A DNA stretch of 64,000 nt from an uncultured Chloroflexia bacterium. Its GTDB lineage: Bacteria; Chloroflexota; Limnocylindria; Limnocylindrales; CSP1-4. Shown here piece by piece: positions 49,111-59,177 of the stretch. The notes beneath the pieces are model-generated. The model ran no database searches. It was not told the origin of the DNA and saw only the letters and a list, made by a program, of their open reading frames with translations. Every line of letters starts with the position of its first letter. Position 1 is the first letter of the stretch. The stretch spans positions 231,361 through 295,360 of the forward strand of contig CAVVCZ010000002.1 in the NCBI GenBank assembly GCA_963746845.1, read 5' to 3'. Both the position numbers and the translations under genes were made by a program.

Positions 49111-50373
49111 GTGGACGTCGTACTGGCAGGCGGCATCTTCGTGGTCGCCTACGCCCTCATCGCCTCTGAGCGTTTCGACCGGACCCTGATTGCCCTACTC
49201 GGCGGCCTGCTGGTCGTCGTCCTGGGCGTCATCGACCAGGAAGAAGCCATCGCCGGGATCGACTTCAACGTCATCTTCCTGCTGGCCGGGATGATGGTCC
49301 TGGCCGGCGGACTGAATAAGACCGGCTTCTTCGAATACGTCGCCGGACTGGCCATCCACCGTTCGCGCGGCGAACCGTTCCGGCTGCTCGTGATGCTCGC
49401 GGTCGCGACTGCGCTGCTCTCGGCGGTCCTCGACAACGTGACGACGGTCGTCCTGCTGACCCCGGTCACGCTGTCGATCGCGCGGACGCTGAAGGTCTCG
49501 CCGTTCCCGTATCTGATCAGCCAGATCTTCGCGTCAAACATCGGGGGAACCGCGACCCTCATCGGCGACCCGCCGAACATCCTCATCGGCTCGGCGGCCG
49601 GGCTCGACTTCGCCGACTTCCTCGTCAACCTGGCGCCGGTGGTCCTCGTGATCACGGTCGTCTTCCTGGGGATCCTACGGTTCTGGTTCCGCCGCGCGCT
49701 GCAGGACGACGAGGACCGGCTGGACGTGATGGCTGCGCTAGACCCAGCGGCGGCGATCACCGATCGGCCGCTGATGATCCGGGCGCTGGCTGTATTGGGT
49801 CTGACCCTTGTCGGCTTCCTCTTCCATTCCGTGATCGGCGTTGAGGCGGCGACGATCGCCCTCCTCGGCGCGACCATCCTGATGATCGTCGGCCCGCTCG
49901 ACCCGCACGAGTCGCTGCGCGACATCGAGTGGAGCACGCTCTTCTTCTTCGTCGGCCTGTTCATGCTGGTCGAGGCGGTCGTCCATGTCGGGATCGTCGG
50001 CACGATCGCGAACGGCCTCGCCGACATCGTTGACGGACGCCTCGCGCTCGCGACCTTCGGCATCCTGTGGATCTCGGCCTTTGGTTCCGCGATCGTTGAC
50101 AACATCCCGTATACGGCCACCGCGATCCCGATCGTCGAGGAGATGATCGCGACCGGGCTCGATGCCGAACCCCTCTGGTGGGCGCTGGCATTGGGTGCAT
50201 GCCTCGGCGGCAATCTCACGATCGTCGGCGCCTCGGCCAACATCGTCGTGGCCAACCTCGCTGCCCGCGACGGGCACCCGATCACGTTCGGGCAGTTCCT
50301 GCGATACGGCTCCGTCGTGGTAGTCATGTCGCTCACGATCTCGACGGCCTACCTGTGGCTGCGGTACCTGTGA
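49111..50373 (+). CDS. ArsB/NhaD (SLC13-like) ion transporter
   Basis: DNVTTV, SNIGGTATLIGDPPN, DNIP and GGNLTIVGASAN motifs. Confidence 0.92.
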   Translation: MDVVLAGGIFVVAYALIASERFDRTLIALLGGLLVVVLGVIDQEEAIAGIDFNVIFLLAGMMVLAGGLNKTGFFEYVAGLAIHRSRGEPFRLLVMLAVATALLSAVLDNVTTVVLLTPVTLSIARTLKVSPFPYLISQIFASNIGGTATLIGDPPNILIGSAAGLDFADFLVNLAPVVLVITVVFLGILRFWFRRALQDDEDRLDVMAALDPAAAITDRPLMIRALAVLGLTLVGFLFHSVIGVEAATIALLGATILMIVGPLDPHESLRDIEWSTLFFFVGLFMLVEAVVHVGIVGTIANGLADIVDGRLALATFGILWISAFGSAIVDNIPYTATAIPIVEEMIATGLDAEPLWWALALGACLGGNLTIVGASANIVVANLAARDGHPITFGQFLRYGSVVVVMSLTISTAYLWLRYL

Positions 50374-50576
50374 TGCGCGACGAGGGAGAACCGATCAGCC
50401 GCGGCCAGCTGGATCGGCGTGCGGCCGACAGACGAGCACTCGGAAGCACCCTGTGGTTCGTGGCGTTGTTCACGGCGGCCGTGCTCGCCAACGGCATCCT
50501 TGCGATCCTCGGGATCGAGGCCTTGCAGGCGCTCGGCGTGTGGCCGACGCCGGAGGCTGCGCCCGATGCTCCGTAG
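50373..50576 (+). CDS. Small membrane protein
   Basis: TGATG coupling; one long hydrophobic stretch. Confidence 0.5.
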   Translation: MRDEGEPISRGQLDRRAADRRALGSTLWFVALFTAAVLANGILAILGIEALQALGVWPTPEAAPDAP

Positions 50577-50648
50577 CGCCGGGCTCGCCGCCGGCACGGA
50601 TGGTGGTCGGGCGAACCGCGCGCGAAGCCGACGTTCGGGACGACCTCG

Positions 50649-51593
50649 ATGAGCGATCTGGCGATCGCCACGACCGGCCTTAGCAAGCAGTACAAGGGCG
50701 GAGTGCTGGCGGTCGACCAGGTCGACCTGCGCGTCTCGCGCGGCGAGATCTACGCGTTCCTCGGGCTCAACGGTGCCGGCAAGTCGACGACGATCCGGAT
50801 GCTGCTCGGGATGATCCGCCCGACGGCGGGACACGCTGAGCTGTTTGGCGCACGGGTGCAGAGTGGAGCAACGGACCTGTGGCGGCGTGTCGGTTACCTC
50901 GTCGAGTCGGCGACGGCCTACCAGGAACTCACCGTTCGAGAGAACCTGGACGTCGCGCGCCGCTTGGCCGGGATGCCAGACGCGTCCAGTGTGGATCGGG
51001 TCCTCGAACGGCTGGCACTCCAGCCCTATGCCGAACGACGGGCCGGCACGCTTTCGCTCGGCAATCTGCAACGGCTGGCCCTGGCGCGTGCACTGCTCCC
51101 GTCGCCGGAGCTGCTCGTCCTCGATGAGCCAGCCAATGGGCTGGATCCGGCCGGCGTCATCGAGATCCGCGAGCTATTGAGCAGCCTCGCGGCCGACGAG
51201 GGCGTGACGGTCTTCATGTCCAGCCACATCCTCGGTGAAGTCGATCTGCTGGCGACACGGGTCGGGATCGTCCACCGTGGCCGGCTAGTGGAGGAGCTGG
51301 ATCACGATGCTCTTGAAGCACATCGTGATCTCCGACTCGAGGTGGAGGGTCGGGACCCTGAGCGCGCCGAGGAGGCCTTGCGCGCAGCGGGTTACTCGCC
51401 GCGGTGGCGCGCTGCCACGGATGGTCACCTCGTCCTTGAGCTGCGCGAGCCGCGTGCCTTGGAAGCCCCGGACGAGGTCGCGGTGCTGCTGGTCGCGGCG
51501 GGAACGCCGCCGACCCGACTCGCGGTTGCCCGGGAGTCTCTTGAGGATCACTTCATCCGCTTGACCACGGGCGACGGCGGGGAACTGCCGTGA
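50649..51593 (+). CDS. ABC exporter ATP-binding protein (BcrA-like)
   Basis: GLNGAGKST, LSLGN, DEPANGLDP and SSH motifs. Confidence 0.92.
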   Translation: MSDLAIATTGLSKQYKGGVLAVDQVDLRVSRGEIYAFLGLNGAGKSTTIRMLLGMIRPTAGHAELFGARVQSGATDLWRRVGYLVESATAYQELTVRENLDVARRLAGMPDASSVDRVLERLALQPYAERRAGTLSLGNLQRLALARALLPSPELLVLDEPANGLDPAGVIEIRELLSSLAADEGVTVFMSSHILGEVDLLATRVGIVHRGRLVEELDHDALEAHRDLRLEVEGRDPERAEEALRAAGYSPRWRAATDGHLVLELREPRALEAPDEVAVLLVAAGTPPTRLAVARESLEDHFIRLTTGDGGELP

Positions 51594-52378
51594 GCGGTTT
51601 CGCCGCTGCCGTGCGGACCGAGATGTTGAAGGCGCGGCGGTCGCGCGTTCCGTGGGGGGTTGCCATCGGCTTCTCGCTTGCGCCTCTGGTCATGGGTCTG
51701 TTCATGGTCATCCTCAAAGACCCGGAACGTGCCCGAACGCTGGGGCTCCTTGGCGCGAAGGCGCAGCTCACCGCTGGGATCGCCGATTGGCCCACGTACC
51801 TCAACCTGCTCGGCCAGGCTGTAGCGGTCGGTGGGGCAGTCCTGTTTGCGTTCCTGACGGCCTGGGTCTTCGGACGCGAGTTCGCGGACAAGACCGTCCG
51901 TGGTTTGCTCGCCAACGCGACATCGAGAGGCACGATCGTGCTCGCGAAGGCGACCGTCGTGGCGACTTGGGGCGTCGTGACCACGGCCTGGGTCCTCGCA
52001 CTCGGCCTCGTGATCGGCGGCCTTCTTGACCTTCCCGGTTGGTCGTCGACCCAGGGACCGGCGACGGTGGCGGGCATCTCGCTGGCCGCGGTCCTGACGA
52101 TCGCCCTGCTCGGTTGGGCCGCGTTCTTCGCCAGCGTCGGTCGTGGCTACATCGCTCCCCTGGCCTGGACCGTTTTGATGGTTGCTCTTTCCCAGATCCT
52201 GACCGTGCTGGGCTGGGGGGCCTGGTTTCCCTGGGCGATTCCGGCGCTGCTCAGTGGAGCCGGTGGCGCGGCAGTGGAGCCGGTGACCCCTGCCGGCGTG
52301 TTCGTGCTCCTCGTGGCCGCTGCTGCCGGACTCCTAGCGACGATCGGCTGGTGGGACCGCGCCGATCAGACCGGCTGA
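51590..52378 (+). CDS. ABC-2 permease (BcrB-like)
   Basis: EMLKARRS, FGREF, six TMs; coupled to the ATPase. Confidence 0.88.
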   Translation: MSGFAAAVRTEMLKARRSRVPWGVAIGFSLAPLVMGLFMVILKDPERARTLGLLGAKAQLTAGIADWPTYLNLLGQAVAVGGAVLFAFLTAWVFGREFADKTVRGLLANATSRGTIVLAKATVVATWGVVTTAWVLALGLVIGGLLDLPGWSSTQGPATVAGISLAAVLTIALLGWAAFFASVGRGYIAPLAWTVLMVALSQILTVLGWGAWFPWAIPALLSGAGGAAVEPVTPAGVFVLLVAAAAGLLATIGWWDRADQTG

Positions 52379-52482
52379 GTCGTGGAGGAAGGGCTGGGTC
52401 TAGAGCTGATGGTCGATCGGAGCCTCGCTGTTCAACCGGCGAGACGTCGGCGTGAAGCGGTTCAGGCTCCGGCACGGGACGC

Positions 52483-53289
52483 TCAGGCGGCGCGCACATC
52501 TCGCCGAGTGAACCCCGCCACGGCCAGCGCCACGAGGGCAAGGACGGGGACGATCAGCGCCACGTAGCGCCACGGCTCCGCCCCGTGCACCAGTGGATCT
52601 CCGCCGAGGGCCCACTTCCAGGGCGACAGGTTGCTCACGGGCTTGAGCGGATCGCTCAAAGGAAACAACGCTGCGATGAGGTAGCCGCCAACGGCGGCCG
52701 CGATCCCGATCGCCAGGACGAGCGAGGGGCGCGGCAGCCAACCGGCGACAGCCAGGGCCAGTGTGCCGAACAGCAGCGCGAGGAACCCGCACAGCACCAC
52801 CGTCGAGACGACACGCATCGTGTCGATCTCCAGGCCTACCACGGCGTCGCTGGCGAGCTGGACGAGGAGGATGAACCCGGTCATGACGACCAGCCATGCC
52901 ATCAGCGCAACGGTGCGGCCAAGAAATACGGACTGGCGCGTCACGGGCTGGCTGAGGTACGTCTCCATCCTGCCGGCGTCCTCCTCAGCAGCCGTCAGGC
53001 CGTTCGCCGCAGCCACCGCCGCTACGGCGAGGAGCAGCGGCACGATGAACTCGTACAGGTTGCCCCGAAGGAACCCGGCAGGAGTCCCGAATCCGGCCAG
53101 ACCGAACGCGTCGACGATCCCCGACGGCAGTTGGTCGATCGCCTCGCTGATGCCCGACGATCCGCGGAACGCCGGCCAGAAGGCGACCGTCACCGCGACG
53201 AGCGACCCGAGCCCGATTGCCCAGCCAAGCAGCGATCGTCGCATCTGACGGACGGGTCCGAGTACGAGTTCGACGCCCGTCGCGCTCAT
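52483..53289 (-). CDS. ABC-2 permease
   Basis: EEDAGRME..LSQPVTR, LSPW and C-terminal FTRRDV. Confidence 0.88.
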   Translation of the reverse strand: MSATGVELVLGPVRQMRRSLLGWAIGLGSLVAVTVAFWPAFRGSSGISEAIDQLPSGIVDAFGLAGFGTPAGFLRGNLYEFIVPLLLAVAAVAAANGLTAAEEDAGRMETYLSQPVTRQSVFLGRTVALMAWLVVMTGFILLVQLASDAVVGLEIDTMRVVSTVVLCGFLALLFGTLALAVAGWLPRPSLVLAIGIAAAVGGYLIAALFPLSDPLKPVSNLSPWKWALGGDPLVHGAEPWRYVALIVPVLALVALAVAGFTRRDVRAA

Positions 53290-54227
53290 GATCGGTCTCC
53301 GTACAGGTCCAGGAAGGCGTCCTCGAGGTTGGGCTCCTCAACGATGAGGCTCGCGACCCGATGTCGAGCGAGGGCCGCGAGGACGGGGTCGACCGGGCCC
53401 GACAGGGTCGCCGCCAACCGTTTGCCATCCACCACCGTGTCCTCCAGCCCCGGGATCGCGCGCAGTTCGGTGGCATCGGGCTGGTCCGCGAACCAGACTT
53501 CGATCCGCTGTCGTGCCCGACCGCGCAGCTCGTCGACGGTCCCCTGGGTCACGATCCGCCCAGCTCGGAGGACGGCGACGCGATCGGCAGCACGCTGGAC
53601 CTCGCTCAGGACGTGGGACGACAGGAAGACGGTTGCGCCGGCCTCGCGCGCCTCGGCGACCATCCCCAGGAACTCATGCTGCATGAGCGGATCGAGTCCG
53701 CTCGTCGGCTCATCGAGGACCAGGAGGTCGGGCTTCGGCGCAAAGGCAAGCAGCAGCGCGACCTTGCGCCGATTGCCCGATGAGAGGTCACGTGTCGGAC
53801 GGTCGAGTTCGATCTGGAGGCGATCTGCAATCGCCTCCACCCGCGTGCTGTCCAGGTCGCCGCGCAGCCGACCGACCGAGTCGACCAGCTGCCGTGAGGT
53901 CATTCGCTCGGGAAGTCGCAGCTCACCCGGGACGTAACCGATCGAGCGCCGAATGTCGACGCCCGCGTGTCGTGGATCCTGCCCGAGGACCTCGATCGAT
54001 CCGCTCGTCGGCCGGATGAGGTCGAGCAGGCATCGGATGGTGGTGCTCTTGCCGGCCCCGTTGGGGCCGACATACCCGAAGACCTCCCCGGAGCGGACCT
54101 CGAGGTCGATCCCACGGACGGCCTCGATCGCCCCAAATCGCTTGGCCAGCCCCTGGATCCGGATGGCCGGGCGGGCGGCGGCAGCGGTTCGCGCCTGCTG
54201 CTCCTGCCCGGTTACGGCCACGCTCAC
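53286..54227 (-). CDS. ABC exporter ATP-binding protein
   Basis: GPNGAGKST, LSSGN, DEPTSGLDP and LEDAFL; GTG overlaps the upstream stop. Confidence 0.9.
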   Translation of the reverse strand: MSVAVTGQEQQARTAAAARPAIRIQGLAKRFGAIEAVRGIDLEVRSGEVFGYVGPNGAGKSTTIRCLLDLIRPTSGSIEVLGQDPRHAGVDIRRSIGYVPGELRLPERMTSRQLVDSVGRLRGDLDSTRVEAIADRLQIELDRPTRDLSSGNRRKVALLLAFAPKPDLLVLDEPTSGLDPLMQHEFLGMVAEAREAGATVFLSSHVLSEVQRAADRVAVLRAGRIVTQGTVDELRGRARQRIEVWFADQPDATELRAIPGLEDTVVDGKRLAATLSGPVDPVLAALARHRVASLIVEEPNLEDAFLDLYGDRS

Positions 54228-54586
54228 TCGGGCCCTGCGACCCAGGCGATCGCGGCGTCCCGTTCGGCGAGTCCGAACCGCTTGAACTTGCCTGGCACCA
54301 TCCAGCCGAACGCGGTCGCCAGGTGGACGACCCAGCCGAGATCGCTCACGACGGCCGTTCGCTTCCACGACTTGGCGTGCGCGACGAGGCCAGCGTCCTC
54401 CTTCATGGCGCCGGGGGAGTAACCCTTGAAGCGGTCGCCCAGGACGAGGACCAAGCGTACTGCACCGCTTTCGGCGCCACGCGCAAGGGCCGGCAGCAAG
54501 ACGTCCTCGTAGTCGGTGGCTTCAACCTCCCCCACGGCCTCGAATCCGATGACGCCGTCAGGCAGTCCGCTCATGGGCTCGAACAT
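54224..54586 (-). CDS. SpoIIAA-like (STAS/SEC14) protein
   Basis: GFEAVGEV..DY, AVVSD..W and AIAWV motifs; GGAGG RBS. Confidence 0.85.
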   Translation of the reverse strand: MFEPMSGLPDGVIGFEAVGEVEATDYEDVLLPALARGAESGAVRLVLVLGDRFKGYSPGAMKEDAGLVAHAKSWKRTAVVSDLGWVVHLATAFGWMVPGKFKRFGLAERDAAIAWVAGPE

Positions 54587-54615
54587 CGCACGTCCTCCGT
54601 CCTACGTTGGGTCAA

Positions 54616-54648
54616 TAGTAGCCACCTAGCAACCAACTCGTCTACACT
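54616..54648. promoter_or_regulatory. Possible MarR operator plus -10 TACACT
   Basis: Imperfect dyad TAGTAGC...GCAACCA in the AT-richer divergent gap. Confidence 0.35.
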
Positions 54649-54654
54649 GGTGTC

Positions 54655-55095
54655 ATGACAAACGACGACCTGGCGCAGGTCCTGGAGCAGATCACGGTGG
54701 GTGCCGTCGGCGTGACGACTCGGGCGCTGGCGGAGGCGACCCCGGGCTTCGAGATGACGTTCCCCCAGTGGCGGGCGCTCCTCATCCTCGGCGCCGAGCC
54801 GGACGGCGCGCGGGTCAGCGCGGTCGCCGGGCGGGTCGGGGTGACGCTGCCCGCGACCGGGCGCCTGCTCCGGCGCCTCGAGCGGCGCGGTCTGCTCGCG
54901 CTTGAGACGGATCCCGATGACCGGCGCGCGACACGTGCACGGCTCACCGAGGCCGGCCAGGCGACCCGGGACGCCATCCTTGCCTATCGCCGCCGGATGC
55001 TGACCGACGTCGCCCACGCTGTCACGTTGCCCCGAGATGGCGATCTCGCGAGCGGGCTCGCCGCGATCGCGGCCGAGCTGGACCGATACGCGTGA
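54655..55095 (+). CDS. MarR-family regulator
   Basis: TFPQWRAL, RLERRGL and DPDDRR..LTEAG motifs. Confidence 0.9.
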   Translation: MTNDDLAQVLEQITVGAVGVTTRALAEATPGFEMTFPQWRALLILGAEPDGARVSAVAGRVGVTLPATGRLLRRLERRGLLALETDPDDRRATRARLTEAGQATRDAILAYRRRMLTDVAHAVTLPRDGDLASGLAAIAAELDRYA

Positions 55096-57176
55096 ACCCG
55101 GCAGTCTCGAGGCGCGTGTCGGCCGCCCTCCGCGACGCGCGCCGGCGGACTCGCTCGGCGAGCTACCTTCGCAAGTGGGTCGTCCTCGGCGCCGGCATCG
55201 GCATCGTCGGTGGCCTGGGCGCGATCCTCTTCTATACGGCGCTCGAGCTGGCGACACATCTGTTCCTGGGTGTGCTTGCTGGGTACACGCCGCCGACGCC
55301 CGCCGGTGAGGGCGGTGCGCCGATCACCGACGCCGCGCGGCCCTGGGCGATCCCGTTCGTGGTCGCGCTCGGTGGGCTGCTCTCCGGGATCATCGTGTTC
55401 CGCTTCGCGCCCGAGGCCGAGGGCCACGGCACCGACGCCGCCATCGCCGCCTATCACCACCATCCGCGCGGCATCCGAGCGCGGATACCGGCCGTGAAGC
55501 TCGTCGCCTCTGCGATCACGATCGGATCGGGCGGGTCCGGCGGGCGCGAGGGCCCGACGGCGCAGATCAGCGCCGGCTTCGGCTCGTTCCTCGGACGCAT
55601 CCTCGATCTCGACGCGAGGGACGCGCGGATCGCGGTCGCAGTGGGGATGGCCGCGGGTATCGGGGCGATCTTCCGCGCGCCGCTGGGCGGTGCGATCCTC
55701 GGCGCCGAGCTTCTTTACCGCGACGATGTCGAGTCGGACGCCCTCGTCCCGTCGTTCATCGCGACGATCATCGCCTACTCCATCTTCGGTGCCGTCGAGG
55801 GGTTCAGCCCGATCTTCGGCACACAGGCCCGGTTCGGGTTCGCGAACCCGGCGCAGCTCGGCTGGTATGCGGTCATCGGCATCGCGTGCGGCCTCGTCGG
55901 CCTGCTGTATGTCTCCAACTTCTACGGCCTGACCGACCGCTTCGCGCGTTGGTCGATGCCACGGGCCGTCAAGCCCGCGATCGCCGGGTTCGCCGTCGGC
56001 TGCATCGCACTCGTCATCCCTGGGGTGCTCGGGACCGGGTACGGGTTCGTGCAGGCCGGCCTCGACCGCCAGTCACTCCTCGCGGTGCCGCTGTGGATGG
56101 TGCTCGTGCTGCCGTTCGCGAAGATCCTCGCGACATCGCTGTCGATCGGGTCGGGCGGCTCGGGCGGCATCTTTGGGCCGGGCATGGTCATCGGCGGCCT
56201 GCTCGGTGCCGGCATCTGGCGCCTCCTCGAGCCGTTCGCCCCGGCCATCCCGGCCGACCCGGCACCGTTCGTGATCGTCGCGATGATGGCCCTGTTCGGG
56301 AGCGTCGCCCACGCCCCCCTCGCGGTGATGCTGATGGTGGCCGAGATGACCGGCAACCTCTCGATGCTCGCTCCGGCCATGGTCGCGGTCGGCCTCGCGA
56401 CGTTCGTGGTCGGCGAGAAGTCGATCTACCGGAGCCAGCTCGCGAGCCGCGCAGAATCGCCGGCGCACCGCTACCGCTTCGCGATGCCGCTGCTGGCCGC
56501 GGTGCCGGTCGGCGACGCTGCCCGCCAGGCACGGATCGTCGTCCGAACGGACGATCCGGTCCGCGACGCGCTGGCGCGCATGGATCACGCGGCCGTGCCG
56601 GGTGCTCCGGTCGTCGATCGCGACGGCCTGGTGATCGGCCTCATCGACGCCGACAAGCTGCGCGGGTACGACGACGATCGCGTCGGCGACACGCCGTTCC
56701 TTCGGGAACCGATCCTCGCTGCCGACGACGGACTTGACGACGGGCTGGGCGCCCTCGCCGACCATCGTCGTTCGTGGGCTCCGGTCGTGGCCCAGGGCGG
56801 ACACCTGGCCGGCGTGCTGTCCGTGCGGGACGCGATCGCCGCCTACCGCTCCGCACTGAGCGGAAACGTCCAGCAGATGCGGGGTCTTCGCGCCGACGGG
56901 GTGATCCTCGAAGCCGACGTCCAGGCCGGTTCCGCAATCGCCGGGAGGACCGTGTCGGAGGTGACCTGGCCGCCGAACACGGTGCTCGTCGCGGTCGAGC
57001 GAGCCGGTGGCCTGCTGGTGCCGCGAGGCGACCTCGTCCTGAGACCCACGGACCACCTCTCGATCTTCGGGACCCGCGACTCGACGATCGAGCTACAACG
57101 ACTATTGGCAGAGGGCGGGACGGCCGGTGGTCTCGGGCGAGGCACCGCCATGACCGACACGAAGATCGGGTATTGA
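55092..57176 (+). CDS. ClC chloride channel/antiporter with CBS and TrkA-C (RCK_C) domains
   Basis: GHGTD, GREGP, GGIFGP and AEMTG motifs; C-terminal LVAVER...VPRGDLVL. Confidence 0.9.
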   Translation: MNPAVSRRVSAALRDARRRTRSASYLRKWVVLGAGIGIVGGLGAILFYTALELATHLFLGVLAGYTPPTPAGEGGAPITDAARPWAIPFVVALGGLLSGIIVFRFAPEAEGHGTDAAIAAYHHHPRGIRARIPAVKLVASAITIGSGGSGGREGPTAQISAGFGSFLGRILDLDARDARIAVAVGMAAGIGAIFRAPLGGAILGAELLYRDDVESDALVPSFIATIIAYSIFGAVEGFSPIFGTQARFGFANPAQLGWYAVIGIACGLVGLLYVSNFYGLTDRFARWSMPRAVKPAIAGFAVGCIALVIPGVLGTGYGFVQAGLDRQSLLAVPLWMVLVLPFAKILATSLSIGSGGSGGIFGPGMVIGGLLGAGIWRLLEPFAPAIPADPAPFVIVAMMALFGSVAHAPLAVMLMVAEMTGNLSMLAPAMVAVGLATFVVGEKSIYRSQLASRAESPAHRYRFAMPLLAAVPVGDAARQARIVVRTDDPVRDALARMDHAAVPGAPVVDRDGLVIGLIDADKLRGYDDDRVGDTPFLREPILAADDGLDDGLGALADHRRSWAPVVAQGGHLAGVLSVRDAIAAYRSALSGNVQQMRGLRADGVILEADVQAGSAIAGRTVSEVTWPPNTVLVAVERAGGLLVPRGDLVLRPTDHLSIFGTRDSTIELQRLLAEGGTAGGLGRGTAMTDTKIGY

Positions 57177-57203
57177 CATTGGACCGACTCCAAGGTCTAC
57201 GTT
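57173..57203 (+). promoter_or_regulatory. MerR-type promoter/operator
   Basis: TTGACA, 19-bp spacer, TACGTT; dyad ACaTTGGA-N5-TCCAAgGT overlapping -35 and spacer. Confidence 0.8.
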
Positions 57204-57210
57204 TCACCAC

Positions 57211-58300
57211 ATGGCAGCGACACCCGAGACCGGCTTCCTGGTCCTCGCCGATCTGACCGGCTACACCGCGTACCTCTCCGGGAGCGAGATCGAGCACGCG
57301 CCGGCGATCGCTGGCGACCTGTTGGAGACCATCGTCGGCCGGCTGGAACCGCCGTTCCGACTGGTCAAGTTCGAGGGTGACGCGGCGTTCCTGTTCGTCG
57401 AGGACGGGCGCGCCGACGGGTCCTTGCTGCTCGACGCGATCGAGGCGGCCTACCTCGCATTCCGACGTCGACTGCGGAGCATCGACCAGGCGACGACCTG
57501 CGACTGCAACTCCTGTCGGCTGGCACCGAGGCTCGACCTCAAGGTGTTCGTCCACCATGGGGCCTTCGTCTGGAGTCGCATCGCCGGGCGCGATGAGCTG
57601 GCGGGTTCCGATGTCATCGTCGCGCATCGATTGCTGAAGGGCACCGGCGCCGCCGAGGCCCGAGCCAACGGCTTCGCGCTGTTCACCGCCGCCGCCGTCG
57701 ACGCTCTCGGTCTCGACGCCGATGCCCTGCAGCTCCGGGCGGGTGCAGAGGAGATCGAGCACCTCGGCCGGGTCGACACGTTCACGTTGGACCTCGAGGC
57801 ACGCTGGCAGGACGAAAGCACCATCCGCCGGCTCGACATCGCCGACACCGATCTCGCCTTCGACATCGAGGCGACCTTCGCCGCCGACCCATCGGTGATC
57901 TGGGCGCACCTGACGTCGCCCGCCCTCCGAACGCGTTGGGAGGGACCGATCAGCCATCGCGGAGACGTCCGCCGGCGGGCGCCGCGGCGTCGGGACGACG
58001 GCTCAGTGCGTGACCGGACGGCTGGCGACTCTCGAGGAGATCGTCGACTGGCAACCCTACGACCGCGTCGCGTGGCGGCTGGCCGTCCCGGGACTGGGCC
58101 CAGTCGCGGCTACGGCGGATCTCGAGCCGACCGAGGGCGGGACCCGCCTCCGACTTCGCTGGGGATACGAGGGTGCCGCGACCGCAGATGCCACGGCGTT
58201 CCAGCGGATGCGGGGGGAGAAGGAGGCCGCCTACGGGCGACTTGCAACGGTCGTCTCCGGCGCGCTGCCGGTCGTCGAGCGGAAGGAGGCTCGAGCATGA
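57211..58300 (+). pseudogene. DUF2652 (cyclase-like fold, CxCxxC) fused to an SRPBCC domain; frameshift near 57952
   Basis: ADLTGYT, KFEGDA, CDCNSC, HHG and VAHRLLK motifs; then WAHLT...EEIVDWQPY. Confidence 0.8.
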
Positions 58301-58758
58301 GTTCGTCGGTCTCGGAGCAGATGATCGAGCGGTCGGCGCAAGACGTCTGGGTGTATGCCGCCGACATCGTCCGACATCCAGATTGGATGACTGTCACCGA
58401 CGCCCGGATCGTGCGGGGCGAAGGCACGCAGGTGGGGGCGCGCGGGCGCGAGCGGTTGCGATTCGGCCCGTTCGGGTGGGACGTGGAGTTCGAGGTCGCT
58501 GAGGCAGAGCCGGGACGTCGGATCGCCTGGAAGTCGGTCAACGGAGCGCCGTTCGATCTCACGGTCTGGCTGGACCTCGAGCCCACTGGTCCTGGGTCGA
58601 CCAAGGCGAGCTACGGGGCGGACATCCGGCTGCACGGCGTGTGGCGGCTGCTGTCGCCGATGGTGGCGATGGAGGCCAATGCCGGGCCGGCGCGTGAACT
58701 GTCGCGGCTCAAGACACAAGTCGAGGCGGCCCCAGCCATGACGCCGGCGATGTCATGA
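58297..58758 (+). CDS. SRPBCC-family protein
   Basis: AAGGAGG RBS; IERSAQDVWVY, EPGRRIAW and LSRLK motifs. Confidence 0.85.
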   Translation: MSSSVSEQMIERSAQDVWVYAADIVRHPDWMTVTDARIVRGEGTQVGARGRERLRFGPFGWDVEFEVAEAEPGRRIAWKSVNGAPFDLTVWLDLEPTGPGSTKASYGADIRLHGVWRLLSPMVAMEANAGPARELSRLKTQVEAAPAMTPAMS

Positions 58759-59146
58759 CGACGTTGAGCCGCTTTCCGATCAGTGCCCGGGCGGCAGCTG
58801 GCGATCTCGAGCGGGCGCGCCGCTGGTACGAGGACCGGCTCGGACTCCTCCCTGAACACGAGGACCCGGGTGGCGCTTGGTACCGCTTCGCTGGCGAGAC
58901 CTGGCTGTACCTGTACGCCACGCCGTCAGCCGGGACCGCCAAGAACACGATCGCGGGCTGGGAGGTCAAGGACATCGAAGCCGTGATGGCCGAACTGCGC
59001 GAACGTGGCGTGGTCTTTGAGCAGTACGACCTCGGGGACGTCCAGATGGTCGATGGGTTGGCCGACTTCGGCGTCGCCAAGGCCGCTGGTTCAAGGACAG
59101 TGAGGGCAACACGTACGAGTTGACTGAAGTCCGCCAGCACCCTTGA
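58755..59146 (+). pseudogene. VOC/glyoxalase-family protein, frameshift near 59085
   Basis: DLERARRWYEDRLGL, LRERGVVFE, then WFKDSEGN in a shifted frame. Confidence 0.8.
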
Positions 59147-59167
59147 CATGCGAGCCACTCCAAGGTT
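59143..59167 (+). promoter_or_regulatory. Second MerR-type operator-like site upstream of the MerR-family gene
   Basis: TTGACATGCGAGCCACTCCAAGGT shares TTGACAT-N7-ACTCCAAGGT with the 57173 site. Confidence 0.7.
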
Positions 59168-59177
59168 TGCTGGCCGT

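Noticed and set aside
57211-58758. Single 515-aa DUF2652-SRPBCC ORF as given in the ORF track
   Set aside because: The middle section is out-of-frame sequence; a frameshift near 57952 and an RBS plus ATG at 58297 indicate two genes
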